This document shows positions 28,200 to 39,042 of a stretch of 64,000 nucleotides of DNA, in pieces. How positions within the stretch are numbered: position 1 is the first letter of the stretch; each line of letters begins with the position of its first letter. The stretch lies in assembly GCA_965140445.1 (NCBI GenBank), contig OZ223236.1:5088001-5152000 (forward strand), given 5' to 3'. The DNA comes from Candidatus Ozemobacteraceae bacterium. GTDB lineage: Bacteria; Muiribacteriota; Ozemobacteria; Ozemobacterales; Ozemobacteraceae. The notes beneath the pieces are model-generated. The model searched no databases, was not told the origin of the DNA, and was given only the letters and a program-made list of their open reading frames with translations. The translations under genes were made by a program, and so were the position numbers.

Positions 28200-31100
28200 C
28201 TACTCCGCCCTCAAATCTGCAATTACAGAGTAAAAGCAAGGAATAACAAATAGAACCAACAAGGTTGAGGCGGTTAAGCCAAAAACAATACTAACGGCCA
28301 ATGGAATAACAATCTGTGCCTGCATGCTTTTTTCCATCAAAATAGGCAACAACCCGGCTATGGTCGTTAGCGAAGTAAGCATTAAAGCTCTAAACCGATC
28401 CACTCCGGCACTAACAGCAGCCTCAATAGGCTTTTCACCAGACTTTTCTCTCATTTTTATAAACTCCATCATCAAAATAGAGTCATTTACAACAATTCCT
28501 GAAAGAGAGATAAATCCTATAATTCCCGGCATAGAGAGCTCTAATCCCATTGCGATATACCCCCAAACAACGCCTATTATTGCCAGAGGAATAGCTGCCA
28601 TCACGGCCATTGCTTCCAGATACCCATTAAACTGCAGGGTCAGAAGAATAAAAATTCCAACAAGCCCAATAAAAAAGGATCTGGACATCGATGAACCGGT
28701 CTTTCTTGTTCTCTGCTCTGATCCACCATAAGAAATAGAAATTCCTGGGAACTTTTTCTTCAGTGAAGGGAAAAACTCTTGCTGAAGATCTTTAATAACT
28801 TCACTACTATTAGTTTTTGTTGAAACAGCGTCTGCGGTTATTGAAATAGTTCTAATCCTGTTAATTCTTCTTATTGAAGCAAGCCCACGAACCATATCTG
28901 TTTCAACAACAGCATTTAGCGGGACACTTTTCCTGGCGGGAAGGGTCAAGCGAAAATTATCAAATCTTTTGAAATTCTCAGCCGGATCCTGCTCTAACTT
29001 TACGTTATACTCAAAGTTTTCTTTTCCAATCTGAACCTCATCGGCTTTTTGGCCAAAAAATGCAGCTCTAACCTGACGAGAAATGATTTCGGCATTTAAC
29101 CCAAGCTTCATAGCACCAGGCTTTAATTTCATTCTGAATTCAGGCTTACCAGCTCTCATATCGTCAGAAATATCGAATACTCCCGAGTATCCGCTAAGTT
29201 TTTTCCTCAATTCGATTGAAGCAGCCTTCAGATCATCAAGCTTTTTGCCTCCAAGCCTAATTTCAATTGGATTACCTGATGGTCCCATCGTAAAGTCCTG
29301 AAATTTTATTATGTCGATCCCAGGAATTTCGCCGGTGAAACTACGCCAGTCAGCAAGAATATCATCAATTCGCCCTTTTCTTTCTGCTCCCGGCAAAAGG
29401 TCTACAACAACAGAAAACAAATGAGCACCAGTTTCGTTGACATCAGCATTTTTGGAATACTGAATAGAAACGTTTTGAACCAGATCTTTGCCCTTCTTTT
29501 GTATTTTTTTGAACTTCTCATTTACTTTTGTCACTGCACCAACAATTCGATTAGCCGCTGACTCTGCGGTCTCCAAAGGAGTGCCCTGTGGCATAAGCAC
29601 CTTACAGGTAATTGTGTCGCCATCAACTTCAGGAAAAGCTATGTATTTAAGATAACCAGCGGGAACCATAGAAATTGAAAAAATAAACAGACCAGCCACA
29701 AATCCTAAAAAAGCATATCTATGTGGCAATATTCTTCTAATGGCATTAGCAACCAACACCTTTCTGATGTAATCAATTACAGCATCAACCTTAATTCTTA
29801 CCCAGCCAGGCTTGGGCAAACCTTTTTTGAATGAATGAGCCAGGTGGTTGGGCATAATTAAAAATGCTTCCACAAGACTTACACAGAGAATTATTAAGAG
29901 AGTGACCGGGATAACACTCAATATCTTACCCATCCTGCCATCAAGAAACATTAAAGGGCCAAACACACAAGCCGTGGTTCCAAAGGAAGCCATAACTCCT
30001 GCACTTACTTCTTTTACACCAGAGACTGCAGCTTCAACAGCACCCTTTCCCTGGGCCAGGTGAACAGCAATATTTTCGGACAGAACAATCGCGTCATCCA
30101 TCAACAAGCCAATAGCTATCAACAACGCAATCATTGAAATCATATTGATTGTTACTCCAAACAAATGGAGAAAAAACATGCCACCAATAAAAGAAATTGG
30201 AAGCCCCATTGCGACCCAGAAAGAGAGATGAAAGTTCAGGAAAAGCCAGAGAGTTAAAAAAACAAGCACCATTCCCTGAATTCCATTTTCTATGAGCATT
30301 GTTAGCCTGTCTTCAACCACCGAAACGACGTTTCTGGTGATATGGAATTCTATTCCATTGGGGGCAATCAAGCGCTCCTGCTCCAGAACCTTCATTACAC
30401 CCGCAAAAATTTTCAGGCTATCATAAGATTTGCCTTTAACAATGTTTATAATTCCGGCCCTCTTACCATTAAAAAGAACCTTATTTTCTTTCACTTCAAA
30501 GTTCTCGGAAATTTTCGCAATGTTTCCCAGTGCAATTTCAGCTCCAGTTTTACCTGCAACTATTTTCATTTTCTCAAGACTTCTTATATCTCGCCTTCTT
30601 TCACTAAATCGAAGAACGATATCCTGATCTTTTGTCTCAAGAATTCCTGCGGACAAATCAGTGTTCTGCTGGCGAATTACATTTGCAATGTCAGCAACGC
30701 TTAATCCGTATGCTTCAAGCTTATTCTGTGGAATTTCGATCCGAAATTCGTGCTGTGAAAAGCCTTCAACACTTACTTGAGCTCCTTTTACAGACATTTC
30801 GATTTTTTCTTTAAAACTCTGACAATAAGCTTTCAAATGCTCAGGACTTGCATCCCCAATCACTGCAATAGAAACCACAGAATCAGTTCTATTAGCGGGC
30901 TTTATGGTAATTCTCTCAATATCGGTTGGGAAAGAATCTATTCCATCAATCTCGGTTTTTATGTCATTGTAAAATTCCTGAAAATCATTTCCATCAACCA
31001 TATCCACCGAAATTCTGGCACTGCCCTCAAGAGCTATTGAAGTAATTTCATCAACTCCATTTATTCCATCAAGAGCTTCTTCAATTGGCACACAAACAGC

Positions 31101-31277
31101 CTCTTCAACCTCTTCGGCTGTAGATCCAGGGTAGGCTACAGAAACGCTCACCCTTTCAACAGTAAAATCAGGAAATGTTTCTCTTCTAATCTTGGATGAT
31201 GTAAAAATGCCAAGAATGAGCAAGAGAACCATCAACATATTTGCAGCAGTTTTATGTTCAACAAACCACTGAATCAT
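28200..31277 (-). CDS. RND efflux transporter permease (AcrB/AcrD/AcrF family)
   Basis: 1025 aa, GLLMDDAIVLSENI, GIVVNDSI and RFRALMLTSLTT. Confidence 0.95.
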   Translation of the reverse strand: MIQWFVEHKTAANMLMVLLLILGIFTSSKIRRETFPDFTVERVSVSVAYPGSTAEEVEEAVCVPIEEALDGINGVDEITSIALEGSARISVDMVDGNDFQEFYNDIKTEIDGIDSFPTDIERITIKPANRTDSVVSIAVIGDASPEHLKAYCQSFKEKIEMSVKGAQVSVEGFSQHEFRIEIPQNKLEAYGLSVADIANVIRQQNTDLSAGILETKDQDIVLRFSERRRDIRSLEKMKIVAGKTGAEIALGNIAKISENFEVKENKVLFNGKRAGIINIVKGKSYDSLKIFAGVMKVLEQERLIAPNGIEFHITRNVVSVVEDRLTMLIENGIQGMVLVFLTLWLFLNFHLSFWVAMGLPISFIGGMFFLHLFGVTINMISMIALLIAIGLLMDDAIVLSENIAVHLAQGKGAVEAAVSGVKEVSAGVMASFGTTACVFGPLMFLDGRMGKILSVIPVTLLIILCVSLVEAFLIMPNHLAHSFKKGLPKPGWVRIKVDAVIDYIRKVLVANAIRRILPHRYAFLGFVAGLFIFSISMVPAGYLKYIAFPEVDGDTITCKVLMPQGTPLETAESAANRIVGAVTKVNEKFKKIQKKGKDLVQNVSIQYSKNADVNETGAHLFSVVVDLLPGAERKGRIDDILADWRSFTGEIPGIDIIKFQDFTMGPSGNPIEIRLGGKKLDDLKAASIELRKKLSGYSGVFDISDDMRAGKPEFRMKLKPGAMKLGLNAEIISRQVRAAFFGQKADEVQIGKENFEYNVKLEQDPAENFKRFDNFRLTLPARKSVPLNAVVETDMVRGLASIRRINRIRTISITADAVSTKTNSSEVIKDLQQEFFPSLKKKFPGISISYGGSEQRTRKTGSSMSRSFFIGLVGIFILLTLQFNGYLEAMAVMAAIPLAIIGVVWGYIAMGLELSMPGIIGFISLSGIVVNDSILMMEFIKMREKSGEKPIEAAVSAGVDRFRALMLTSLTTIAGLLPILMEKSMQAQIVIPLAVSIVFGLTASTLLVLFVIPCFYSVIADLRAE

Positions 31278-32716
31278 TTGGAGTCACCATTTAAACTGGA
31301 GTTTTTAGCTGCAGAAGCTTCCTCTGTCGAATTTGTTTTAGCCCCAGGGATTCCATGCGCATCAGACAAATTGTTATAAATACATGAAAAACCAATTTCC
31401 GACTCCACCATTTCCCAGAAGCCTTCGTTTGCGAAAGCAGACAGCTTCATTCCCTTTATTGCTGGAACCACATCAGTGGTTACAATTCTGTCATTTTCAC
31501 TTAAACCGTCCCTGACAACGGCCAATTCTCGTTGAAAGAAGTTAACATCAACATCAGCAAAACCAAGACGATCATCAGAATCTATCGTGTAAACTCTACC
31601 GCCATGAATACTAGAGCGAGGAATAACCAGCTGATCTTTTCGGGGGTTTCCATATAAGATAACAGAACAAAACATCCCTTTAATAAGTGGAATTTTATCC
31701 GATTTCATGGCAATTTTGTATGTATCTTCAACTGAAACCACAACCCCAACAGTCCTTGTATCCAGATCGATTTCAGAGTCTATTCTGTCAACCACTGCCG
31801 GCCATCTGTATTCTTTACTTCCTGCATTAAAAACAACCATTGCTTTTAAACGATCCGACGGAGGCATATTATCCTTATGATTGAGATTTCCTGGATTTAT
31901 CAAAACTCTGAATTGCCCAGCATCAAACTGGGCTTCAATTTCAGAACGTCCAGTCCAGTCGGCATAAAATAAAATATCTCCAACTCTCACAAACTGAGAG
32001 ACTTCTGAGCTAACCGACCCAATCCGACAATCAAAAGGAGCTCTTATTTCTGAATACTCAAGATCCAGCTTTGCTTTCTCAAGCGAACTCTTTGCAGCTT
32101 TTAGCATAGCACTTTCGTATTTCATCTTTTCTGGAATCAAACTAATTTCAGAAATTATCTGTTGCAAAGAGTTTTTTTGATTTAAAACAGAGAGTTCCTC
32201 TTTATCAATGTCAGAAGCTGCAATTGACCTTTTTTTAAAGAGTTCTTTTTTTCGATCAAGTTCTTTTTGTGAAAAATTAACCATCTTTTGTCTTATTTGA
32301 AGCACTTTCTGAAGATTTTTCTGTGTAGTTAACATTTCAGCCAGCTTTGCTTCCGACTTGGCAACTTCCGCTTCGGCTTTACTTATAGCTAGCTTTAAAG
32401 GAACGTCGTCGATTTTTATTAAACTGTCGCCTGCTTTAAAAAACGCTCCATTATTAAGCTTTTCATCTTTCCAAACGATTTTTCCGCTTACTTCGGCGAT
32501 GGCTTTCCAGCTCTTAGCTGGTTTTACATGACCATTTCCGATAGCCTGAGGAATAATTGACATTCTTTTTAATTGTAAAACTTTGACTGAAGATACAGCT
32601 TCTTCACCTTGTTTCAACGCAGGCTTCTTTTTCAGCTTTACGAGAGTAATTGAAATAATAATTGCAACAATTAAAATGGGAAAAAATAACAGCTTCTTTT
32701 TCAGGGAAATATTCAT
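31274..32716 (-). CDS. RND periplasmic adaptor (membrane fusion protein)
   Basis: N-terminal anchor, EVSGKI, long alpha-hairpin and IRAPFD. Confidence 0.9.
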   Translation of the reverse strand: MNISLKKKLLFFPILIVAIIISITLVKLKKKPALKQGEEAVSSVKVLQLKRMSIIPQAIGNGHVKPAKSWKAIAEVSGKIVWKDEKLNNGAFFKAGDSLIKIDDVPLKLAISKAEAEVAKSEAKLAEMLTTQKNLQKVLQIRQKMVNFSQKELDRKKELFKKRSIAASDIDKEELSVLNQKNSLQQIISEISLIPEKMKYESAMLKAAKSSLEKAKLDLEYSEIRAPFDCRIGSVSSEVSQFVRVGDILFYADWTGRSEIEAQFDAGQFRVLINPGNLNHKDNMPPSDRLKAMVVFNAGSKEYRWPAVVDRIDSEIDLDTRTVGVVVSVEDTYKIAMKSDKIPLIKGMFCSVILYGNPRKDQLVIPRSSIHGGRVYTIDSDDRLGFADVDVNFFQRELAVVRDGLSENDRIVTTDVVPAIKGMKLSAFANEGFWEMVESEIGFSCIYNNLSDAHGIPGAKTNSTEEASAAKNSSLNGDSK

Positions 32717-32812
32717 CTATAACTCCGTAATGCTACTTTGTATTAAAGAATAATACATCAGGCAAAAAATAAAAGGCATATTTTGTGAAGAAAAGTTAAG
32801 AGTCAGGTAAAA

Positions 32813-34135
32813 CTATACCAATGCCAGACCCAGGGCAATTGATGCAAAAACCACAATTAGCCATAAGGTAAGTGAAAGCTCAGACCTTCGACCAGAAAAA
32901 ATCCTTAAAAGCAGGAAAAAAATGAGGCTCCAACTTATTCCATGACTAATACTGAAAGTAAATGGAATCAATACCAAGGCCATAAACGCAGGAAAAGCTT
33001 CTTCAAATTCGTTCCAATAGATGCCAGAAACCGCATTCATCATATAGAAGCCGACTATAACGAGCGCTGGAGCCGTTGCACAAGCTGGAATAATCTTCAG
33101 CAAAGGAGCAAGCCACAAAAATGGGATAAATAAAAGGCCTGTAACTACAGCGGTCAAACCTGTTCTACCACCCTGTTCAACTCCTGAAGCACTTTCGACA
33201 TAAGTTGTTGCTGAGCTTGTTCCAAATAAACCAGAAATTGTTGTGGCCAAAGCATCTACAAACAGAGCTTTTTTCATGTTCTTTGGTTCACCATTTTCAT
33301 CAAGCAAATTGGCTACTGAAGCAACTCCAAGAAATGTGGAAATAGAATCAAACATGTCAGTAAAAAGCAATGTAAATATTGCTCCAACTGCTCCATAGGA
33401 AAAAGCTGAAGCTATGTCCAGCTGAAAAAAAGCGGATGAAAAATCGGGGGCAGCAAAATAGTTTTGCGGCAATCGAACCAATAAATCCCCATCCCAAATT
33501 CGCCCATGGGAAATAGATATCAAAGTTGTAAAAACGATTCCCAGGAGCAGGTGACCGGGAATTTTTCTATTTTCCAGGCCAATAGTAAAAATCAAACCAA
33601 GAATAAAAATAATTAATTTCGGAGAAAACTTCCCCATTCCAACCATTGTAGCGGGATTAGCAACAACAAGCCCCGCCGATTTGAGACCTAAAAGACACAA
33701 AAATAACCCAATGCCTGCGGCAACTCCGAGGCGAACACATTTAGGAATGGCACGAACAATGGCTTCCCTTATGCTCAGAACAGTCATAAGAACAAAAATA
33801 AGCCCAGAGATAAAAACAGCTCCTAGAGCTGTTTGCCACGTAAGTCCCATTCCAAGGACCATTGAATAAGTAAAAAACGCATTTATTCCCATTCCTGGGG
33901 CAAGAGCAAAGGGTAAGTTGGCAAGCAAACCCATTAAAATGCTTGAAATTGCAGAAACCAGAACAGTTGCAGTTAAAACGCCAGAAAATGGTATCCCCGC
34001 ATGAGAGAGCAACGAAGGATTAATTGCTAATATGTATGACATGGTCAAAAAAGTCGTAGCTCCAGCAACAACCTCTGTTTTTATTGATGTCTTATTATCT
34101 TCAAGCTTAAAAAACTTATTTAAAAACCCCTTCAA
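32813..34135 (-). CDS. NCS2/AzgA-type purine permease
   Basis: TTFLTMSYI, APGMG.NAFF and YVESASGVEQGGRTGLT. Confidence 0.92.
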   Translation of the reverse strand: MKGFLNKFFKLEDNKTSIKTEVVAGATTFLTMSYILAINPSLLSHAGIPFSGVLTATVLVSAISSILMGLLANLPFALAPGMGINAFFTYSMVLGMGLTWQTALGAVFISGLIFVLMTVLSIREAIVRAIPKCVRLGVAAGIGLFLCLLGLKSAGLVVANPATMVGMGKFSPKLIIFILGLIFTIGLENRKIPGHLLLGIVFTTLISISHGRIWDGDLLVRLPQNYFAAPDFSSAFFQLDIASAFSYGAVGAIFTLLFTDMFDSISTFLGVASVANLLDENGEPKNMKKALFVDALATTISGLFGTSSATTYVESASGVEQGGRTGLTAVVTGLLFIPFLWLAPLLKIIPACATAPALVIVGFYMMNAVSGIYWNEFEEAFPAFMALVLIPFTFSISHGISWSLIFFLLLRIFSGRRSELSLTLWLIVVFASIALGLALV

Positions 34136-34162
34136 GTAAAACCTCGCTAAAGCATTAAATTT

Positions 34163-35230
34163 TTAAAACCACTTTTTCCTCTTAAAATAACCCAGCATGA
34201 GTAAGGCAGAAACAATCATCAATACCCACACCGCTGGATAACCCCATTCCCATTTCAATTCAGGCATATATTCGAAATTCATTCCATAAACACCCGCAAT
34301 AAAAGTTAATGGGATAAAAATTGTAGCAATTATGGTTAGAGTTTGCATGATTTCGTTTGTTCGATTACTAACTGTAGACATATAAAGGTCAGTAATGCCA
34401 AGAACCACATCTCTAAGTGTCTCAGTAGTTTCAATAATCTGAACTGAATGATCATAAATATCTTGAAAAAAAACTTTTGTAGAAGGCCTTATCAAGTTTG
34501 TTTCGCTTCTTAAAAGCCCATTGGAAATTTCTCGCAAAGGCCAGGCTAGCTTTCTTTGATAAAACAAATTCATTTTAGTCTCATGCACAGACTTAATATC
34601 GAACTCCGAATCCATCTGTAGCAATTGAAGTTCATACTCTTCAAGCTCCAAAGCCAGAGACTCAAGAATAACAAAGTAATTATCAACAATAATATCAATT
34701 AAAGCGAATAATAAATAATCGGCTTGCTCACCTCGGATTCTGCCCTTACCGCTTCTAATCCGGTCTCTAACAGAATCAAAAATATCTCCAGCCTTTTCCT
34801 CAAAAGTTAAAACAAAGTTATCACCAAAAACAAAAGAAACCTGTTCACTTTGAACATCACCATTTTCAGATAATGAGAGCATTTTCATTACCACGAAAAC
34901 ATAGTCTTCAAAAAATTCGACTTTAGGTCTATGCCCGGGATTAAGTATATCTTCAAGAGTTAAAGAGTGAATATTAGCCAGCTCTTTAATTTGGTGAAGC
35001 TTATCAAGTTCGGCAAGTCCAAAAATACTAATCCATGTAGTTTCATCTGATTTTTTTAAGTTTGTGAGATCGGGAATAGAAGTAGATCTTCTTTCTTTTA
35101 GAGACTCAGGGGAATATTCGAAAATTTCAAAGGACGTATCCTTTGATACAGATTCGATTACATGGGCTATAGTTCCAGGAGATTTTCCTAATTTATTTTC
35201 AGCAATTCCTCTTTTAACAAACGGAAGCAT
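34163..35230 (-). CDS. corA: Magnesium/cobalt transporter CorA
   Basis: YGMNF signature, MPEL and two C-terminal TMs. Confidence 0.95.
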   Translation of the reverse strand: MLPFVKRGIAENKLGKSPGTIAHVIESVSKDTSFEIFEYSPESLKERRSTSIPDLTNLKKSDETTWISIFGLAELDKLHQIKELANIHSLTLEDILNPGHRPKVEFFEDYVFVVMKMLSLSENGDVQSEQVSFVFGDNFVLTFEEKAGDIFDSVRDRIRSGKGRIRGEQADYLLFALIDIIVDNYFVILESLALELEEYELQLLQMDSEFDIKSVHETKMNLFYQRKLAWPLREISNGLLRSETNLIRPSTKVFFQDIYDHSVQIIETTETLRDVVLGITDLYMSTVSNRTNEIMQTLTIIATIFIPLTFIAGVYGMNFEYMPELKWEWGYPAVWVLMIVSALLMLGYFKRKKWF

Positions 35231-35262
35231 AAATCCCTCCCAGATAAACTTATCTCCAGGCT

Positions 35263-35305
35263 AAAAAGCCAAAGGCTGGCATATTTAACTTATGCCAGCC
35301 TTTGG
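35263..35305 (-). terminator. Intrinsic terminator after the fadL-like gene
   Basis: Perfect 15-bp stem CCAAAGGCTGGCATA/TATGCCAGCCTTTGG followed by CTTTTT on the minus strand. Confidence 0.75.
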
Positions 35306-35313
35306 AAATTATC

Positions 35314-36633
35314 TCAAAAAGTTCTGCTAATATTGAAACTCACAAAATGATTATCTCCATCAACAAAAGAACCAACGCCGTTCATCGATTCAATTCCAGC
35401 AACGTCATCCTTGGTTTTCATATAGCTATAACCAAAATCCACATCGAATTTTCTTCCTTTTCTTGTTACACCAAAAGAATAGATGTGTCCATCTGTGCCT
35501 GGAAGCTCGAGACCCCTTGTAGAATCTGGTAAAGGCGAATTGTCATAAACATATCCAACACGATAAATCCAGGTTTTATCATGCTTGTATTCTGCACCAA
35601 AACGGTAGGCTAAAGTATTTTTCCAATTTTTAGGAGAAGAGAAACCTCCAGCGGTCTGACCACCGTTTGCAGGCTCGATTTTAAGCTCTTGATATTTATT
35701 CCACTCAGTCCAGACAACATCGCAGGAAAAAATCCACTTTTTGATGCTGCTATTTGCAAATCCAAATGTGAGAGTCGCAGGAAGCTTTATAATACCTTTC
35801 ATTAGAGAATTTCCAACTGCAGGGTGATCTTCTACAGTACCAGTCATTTTCACCTGAGAATTAGAAAGATACCTGAGTCCTAATTTCCAATTCTTGTCTA
35901 CTTTGTAATGCCCAGCCAGAACGTATCCAATACCCCAGCCATCGGCCTGATATTTAACAAAATTATCCCAGACCTTAACGGGAGCTGGAGTTAAAGCAGT
36001 AGCTCTACTAAGCATCCTCATTTTAAACTTGGCCTGCATAAGGCTCAATCCACCGGCAACCGAAAGTTTTTCACTCAATTTAGTTGCGAGCGTCCCATTA
36101 ATGTAAGGAACTTGCAGATCAATTAAAGTAGGAAGACCTTTACTCAAAACAACTGGAGCAGCCCCAAGAGTCCCTGCAGGAACCGTTCTTGAGTTGTAAA
36201 GATTAGAGTCCATAAGCTTTCTAATATCGGAATCACTCCATTTAAGTCCCAGACCAAATGGTGCGTACATTGAAATTGCTGCAGTTACATCATCACTGGC
36301 TTTGTGAATCCAATGCGCATTAGGAATCATATGAGTTTGATTTTTATTTTTAATATTATCGATGCCGTTACCAGGTTTATATGTGTGATTCAGAATAGCA
36401 AAAGAATAACCTGAACTGTATTGATCCTTTTCAAAATCCATTACTGCAGCAGGGTTATACCAAGCGTTTGAAATCAAATCATCCCTTCCTACAACTGCCG
36501 CACCCAATCCCTTTGCTTCAGCAGATCCGGCCTGGTAAATCTGATACCCGCCAGCAAAAGCTTGCGAAGCACATAAACCAACTAGCAAAGCACACGCCAA
36601 AACTTTCTTCCCGAAATCAATGTACATCTTCAA
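35314..36633 (-). CDS. OmpP1/FadL/TodX outer-membrane hydrophobic-compound channel
   Basis: Signal peptide then AGGYQ, WYNPA, APFGL, beta-strand pattern and terminal Phe. Confidence 0.88.
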   Translation of the reverse strand: MKMYIDFGKKVLACALLVGLCASQAFAGGYQIYQAGSAEAKGLGAAVVGRDDLISNAWYNPAAVMDFEKDQYSSGYSFAILNHTYKPGNGIDNIKNKNQTHMIPNAHWIHKASDDVTAAISMYAPFGLGLKWSDSDIRKLMDSNLYNSRTVPAGTLGAAPVVLSKGLPTLIDLQVPYINGTLATKLSEKLSVAGGLSLMQAKFKMRMLSRATALTPAPVKVWDNFVKYQADGWGIGYVLAGHYKVDKNWKLGLRYLSNSQVKMTGTVEDHPAVGNSLMKGIIKLPATLTFGFANSSIKKWIFSCDVVWTEWNKYQELKIEPANGGQTAGGFSSPKNWKNTLAYRFGAEYKHDKTWIYRVGYVYDNSPLPDSTRGLELPGTDGHIYSFGVTRKGRKFDVDFGYSYMKTKDDVAGIESMNGVGSFVDGDNHFVSFNISRTF

Positions 36634-36829
36634 ATCCTACTTTATTTTTATTTTTTACCTTTGAATCATTTTACAAAGCAAACAATTATATCAAAACTTG
36701 TACACTAATCAAGCTTGAATTTTAACTGCTAGACCAGATCTTGCAAAATAAGAAATTGAGTTTGAGTTTTGCTGCAAAACCTTGTTATAATTGATAAATT
36801 GTGGAAGCGATTAACATAGGAGCAAACTC

Positions 36830-37408
36830 ATGGCTTTCCTTCATTTTGTCAGGCAATTTTGCAAAGAACCCAGAACAATAGGCGCAATTGCACCGAGTTC
36901 CAAAGGGTTAGCCAAACGAATGACGCAGAAAATTGATTTTGATAATTCAAAGGTCATAGTTGAATATGGACCCGGATCAGGCGTGTTTACAAAGCACGTT
37001 GCTTCTAAGATACAAAAAGATAAAACGGTATTTTTTGCTCTTGAGCTGAATGAAACAATGAACCGAATTGTCAGCGAGCAAGTGCCTGAAGTCACAATTT
37101 TTCAGGACTCTGCTTCCGAGGTAAGAAAATACCTGAAACAATTTGGATTTAGCTACGCAGATGCTATTATTAGTGGTCTTCCATGGGCAGCTTTTCCTGA
37201 AATGCTACAGGATGAAATTCTCGAAGAAACTTCAAAAGGCCTGAAAAAAGGTGGAACTTTTTCCACTTTTGCTTATCTACATGGGTTATGCCTCCCATCT
37301 GGGATCAGATTCAGGAAAAAACTTAAAGAGCACTTCTCAGAAGTTGAAACAAGCAAAGTTGTCTGGAAAAACCTTCCTCCAGCGATGGTTTATTGGTGCA
37401 AAAAATAA
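36830..37408 (+). CDS. SAM-dependent methyltransferase, phospholipid N-methyltransferase-like (COG3963)
   Basis: GAIAPSS..LA..M, VEYGPGSG, ISGLPW and NLPPA. Confidence 0.8.
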   Translation: MAFLHFVRQFCKEPRTIGAIAPSSKGLAKRMTQKIDFDNSKVIVEYGPGSGVFTKHVASKIQKDKTVFFALELNETMNRIVSEQVPEVTIFQDSASEVRKYLKQFGFSYADAIISGLPWAAFPEMLQDEILEETSKGLKKGGTFSTFAYLHGLCLPSGIRFRKKLKEHFSEVETSKVVWKNLPPAMVYWCKK

Positions 37409-37719
37409 AAAAAGCAAAAAATGCCGCTTCTGAAGTTTTGATCTTCTTCTAACCAACCACAACACTTTTCAAAAATTATAGATTTGCCCGGAAAAAAATC
37501 CGCTGTCTTAATAAAGCAAAATGATGCTAAATCTATCAAAAGCCATGGAAAAGAAAAAAATGTCTAAAGCGGTACATTTTTTTTCCTTCACCATCTTGGA
37601 AAATTTGCTTTTTTTCAGTAGAATGAATGAACAGGGTTAATGATCAGAGTAGAATTTAGTAAAATAAGTAGGAAAAAGTCTAAACTAACCTTGCAATAGA
37701 AATAGTTCAAATTGAAAGG

Positions 37720-39042
37720 GTGTATAGAGTAGTGAAAAAAATTGTTAGCTTTAACAGAAGTTCCTATTGGAAATTTTTTGGGGTCGTGTTTTCGCTCCTA
37801 CTGTTTGTATTTTTGCAAGCAGATTCCTCAAAACTTTGCGCAGCAGTAAAACTTGAGAATGTTCTCGAAGGACAAGCTGCATATCCATGGGCAAGAGTTG
37901 AGTGCCTGAATGATTCCAATAGAAATCTGAAATCCGAACCCTTTCACCTTAAAAACAGAAGAAATCATAGCGTGACCAAGGCTGCCTTTGGCACTAATAA
38001 GCCCTCTTCAAACCTCGTTTTATTGCATTTTGCACCAGACTGGAATAAAAATCTCAAAAAAACCCCGATAATTCTTGTCCACGGCGCTGGAGACAACGCA
38101 ACAAGAGGTTTTGCGCACCCATGGAGCTTTGAAATTCCTGAAAACGGAAAGATTGATAAGCCAGGTTTAATGCAGTATTTGGCAAAAATGGGTTATCCAG
38201 TTTTTGCTGTCACTTTTTCACACCCTCAAGGTGACAACTTCATTCAAGCCCATCAGCTATCTATTGCAATTAACAGAGTAAAGCAAGTTACCAAGTCTAA
38301 AAAGGTAGATCTCGTATGTCATAGCAAAGGTGCTATGTCTGTCAGAATTTACACATCTGACCTTGGAAAAGATTATCCAGAATATTCATGGATCAATTCA
38401 TATAAAAAAGATGTTAGAAAAATTGTTTTCCTGGCCTCACCACTTAAAGGGATTGATACACAGTTCAGATATTATGCTTATAACTTCACTGTTATGCAGC
38501 AGGGGCTTCCCGCGCCAATGGGCTGTAGAAAAATCTTTTGGATGGGAATTTACACTGATTGCGTAAAGCATAATTATCTTTTTCCCGGGCAGTCACAAAT
38601 GCTTCACAACTGGGTTAAAGATGGAATTCCATTTAGCTCACAAAGCTACACCCCTGATATGAATCTGTCTATGAATACTCTATACAATGGTGGAGTAACA
38701 GCACTGGTTGTATCTGATGGAATTGATCAAACAATAAAGGAAGCAGGATCAGTAATTGATAAATTGAACGAAAAAGGTGTTTCTCCAGAAATAAAATGTT
38801 ATATTCTTGCTGGTAAAAATCAAACGATTGATACCATAAAATTTGGCTGGCTTAAAATTCCAGTGGGTGAATTCGCTGACGAAAGCGATGGAATACTATT
38901 TCTTAAAAGCGCAACTTATTCTGAAGGCTTAAAAGCCAGAGGAGCAAAGGTCGAAAAAGTTAAAGTTATTAATCACCACCACGTTGGGGTTTCATGCCGA
39001 CCAGAAGCACTTGAATTCGTAAATGAGGCCCTATGTGACTGA
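37720..39042 (+). CDS. phaZ: Exported alpha/beta hydrolase, probable PhaZ7-like PHB depolymerase (start uncertain)
   Basis: N-terminal hydrophobic signal, KTPIILVHGAGDNA, VDLVCHSKG, candidate Asp in SDG and His in HHVG; first gene of the PHA locus. Confidence 0.6.
   Translation: MYRVVKKIVSFNRSSYWKFFGVVFSLLLFVFLQADSSKLCAAVKLENVLEGQAAYPWARVECLNDSNRNLKSEPFHLKNRRNHSVTKAAFGTNKPSSNLVLLHFAPDWNKNLKKTPIILVHGAGDNATRGFAHPWSFEIPENGKIDKPGLMQYLAKMGYPVFAVTFSHPQGDNFIQAHQLSIAINRVKQVTKSKKVDLVCHSKGAMSVRIYTSDLGKDYPEYSWINSYKKDVRKIVFLASPLKGIDTQFRYYAYNFTVMQQGLPAPMGCRKIFWMGIYTDCVKHNYLFPGQSQMLHNWVKDGIPFSSQSYTPDMNLSMNTLYNGGVTALVVSDGIDQTIKEAGSVIDKLNEKGVSPEIKCYILAGKNQTIDTIKFGWLKIPVGEFADESDGILFLKSATYSEGLKARGAKVEKVKVINHHHVGVSCRPEALEFVNEALCD

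Noticed and set aside
37409..37719. Weak inverted repeats in the spacer upstream of phaZ (possible riboswitch or leader)
   Set aside because: Mostly A/T-run pairing with no recognisable riboswitch consensus
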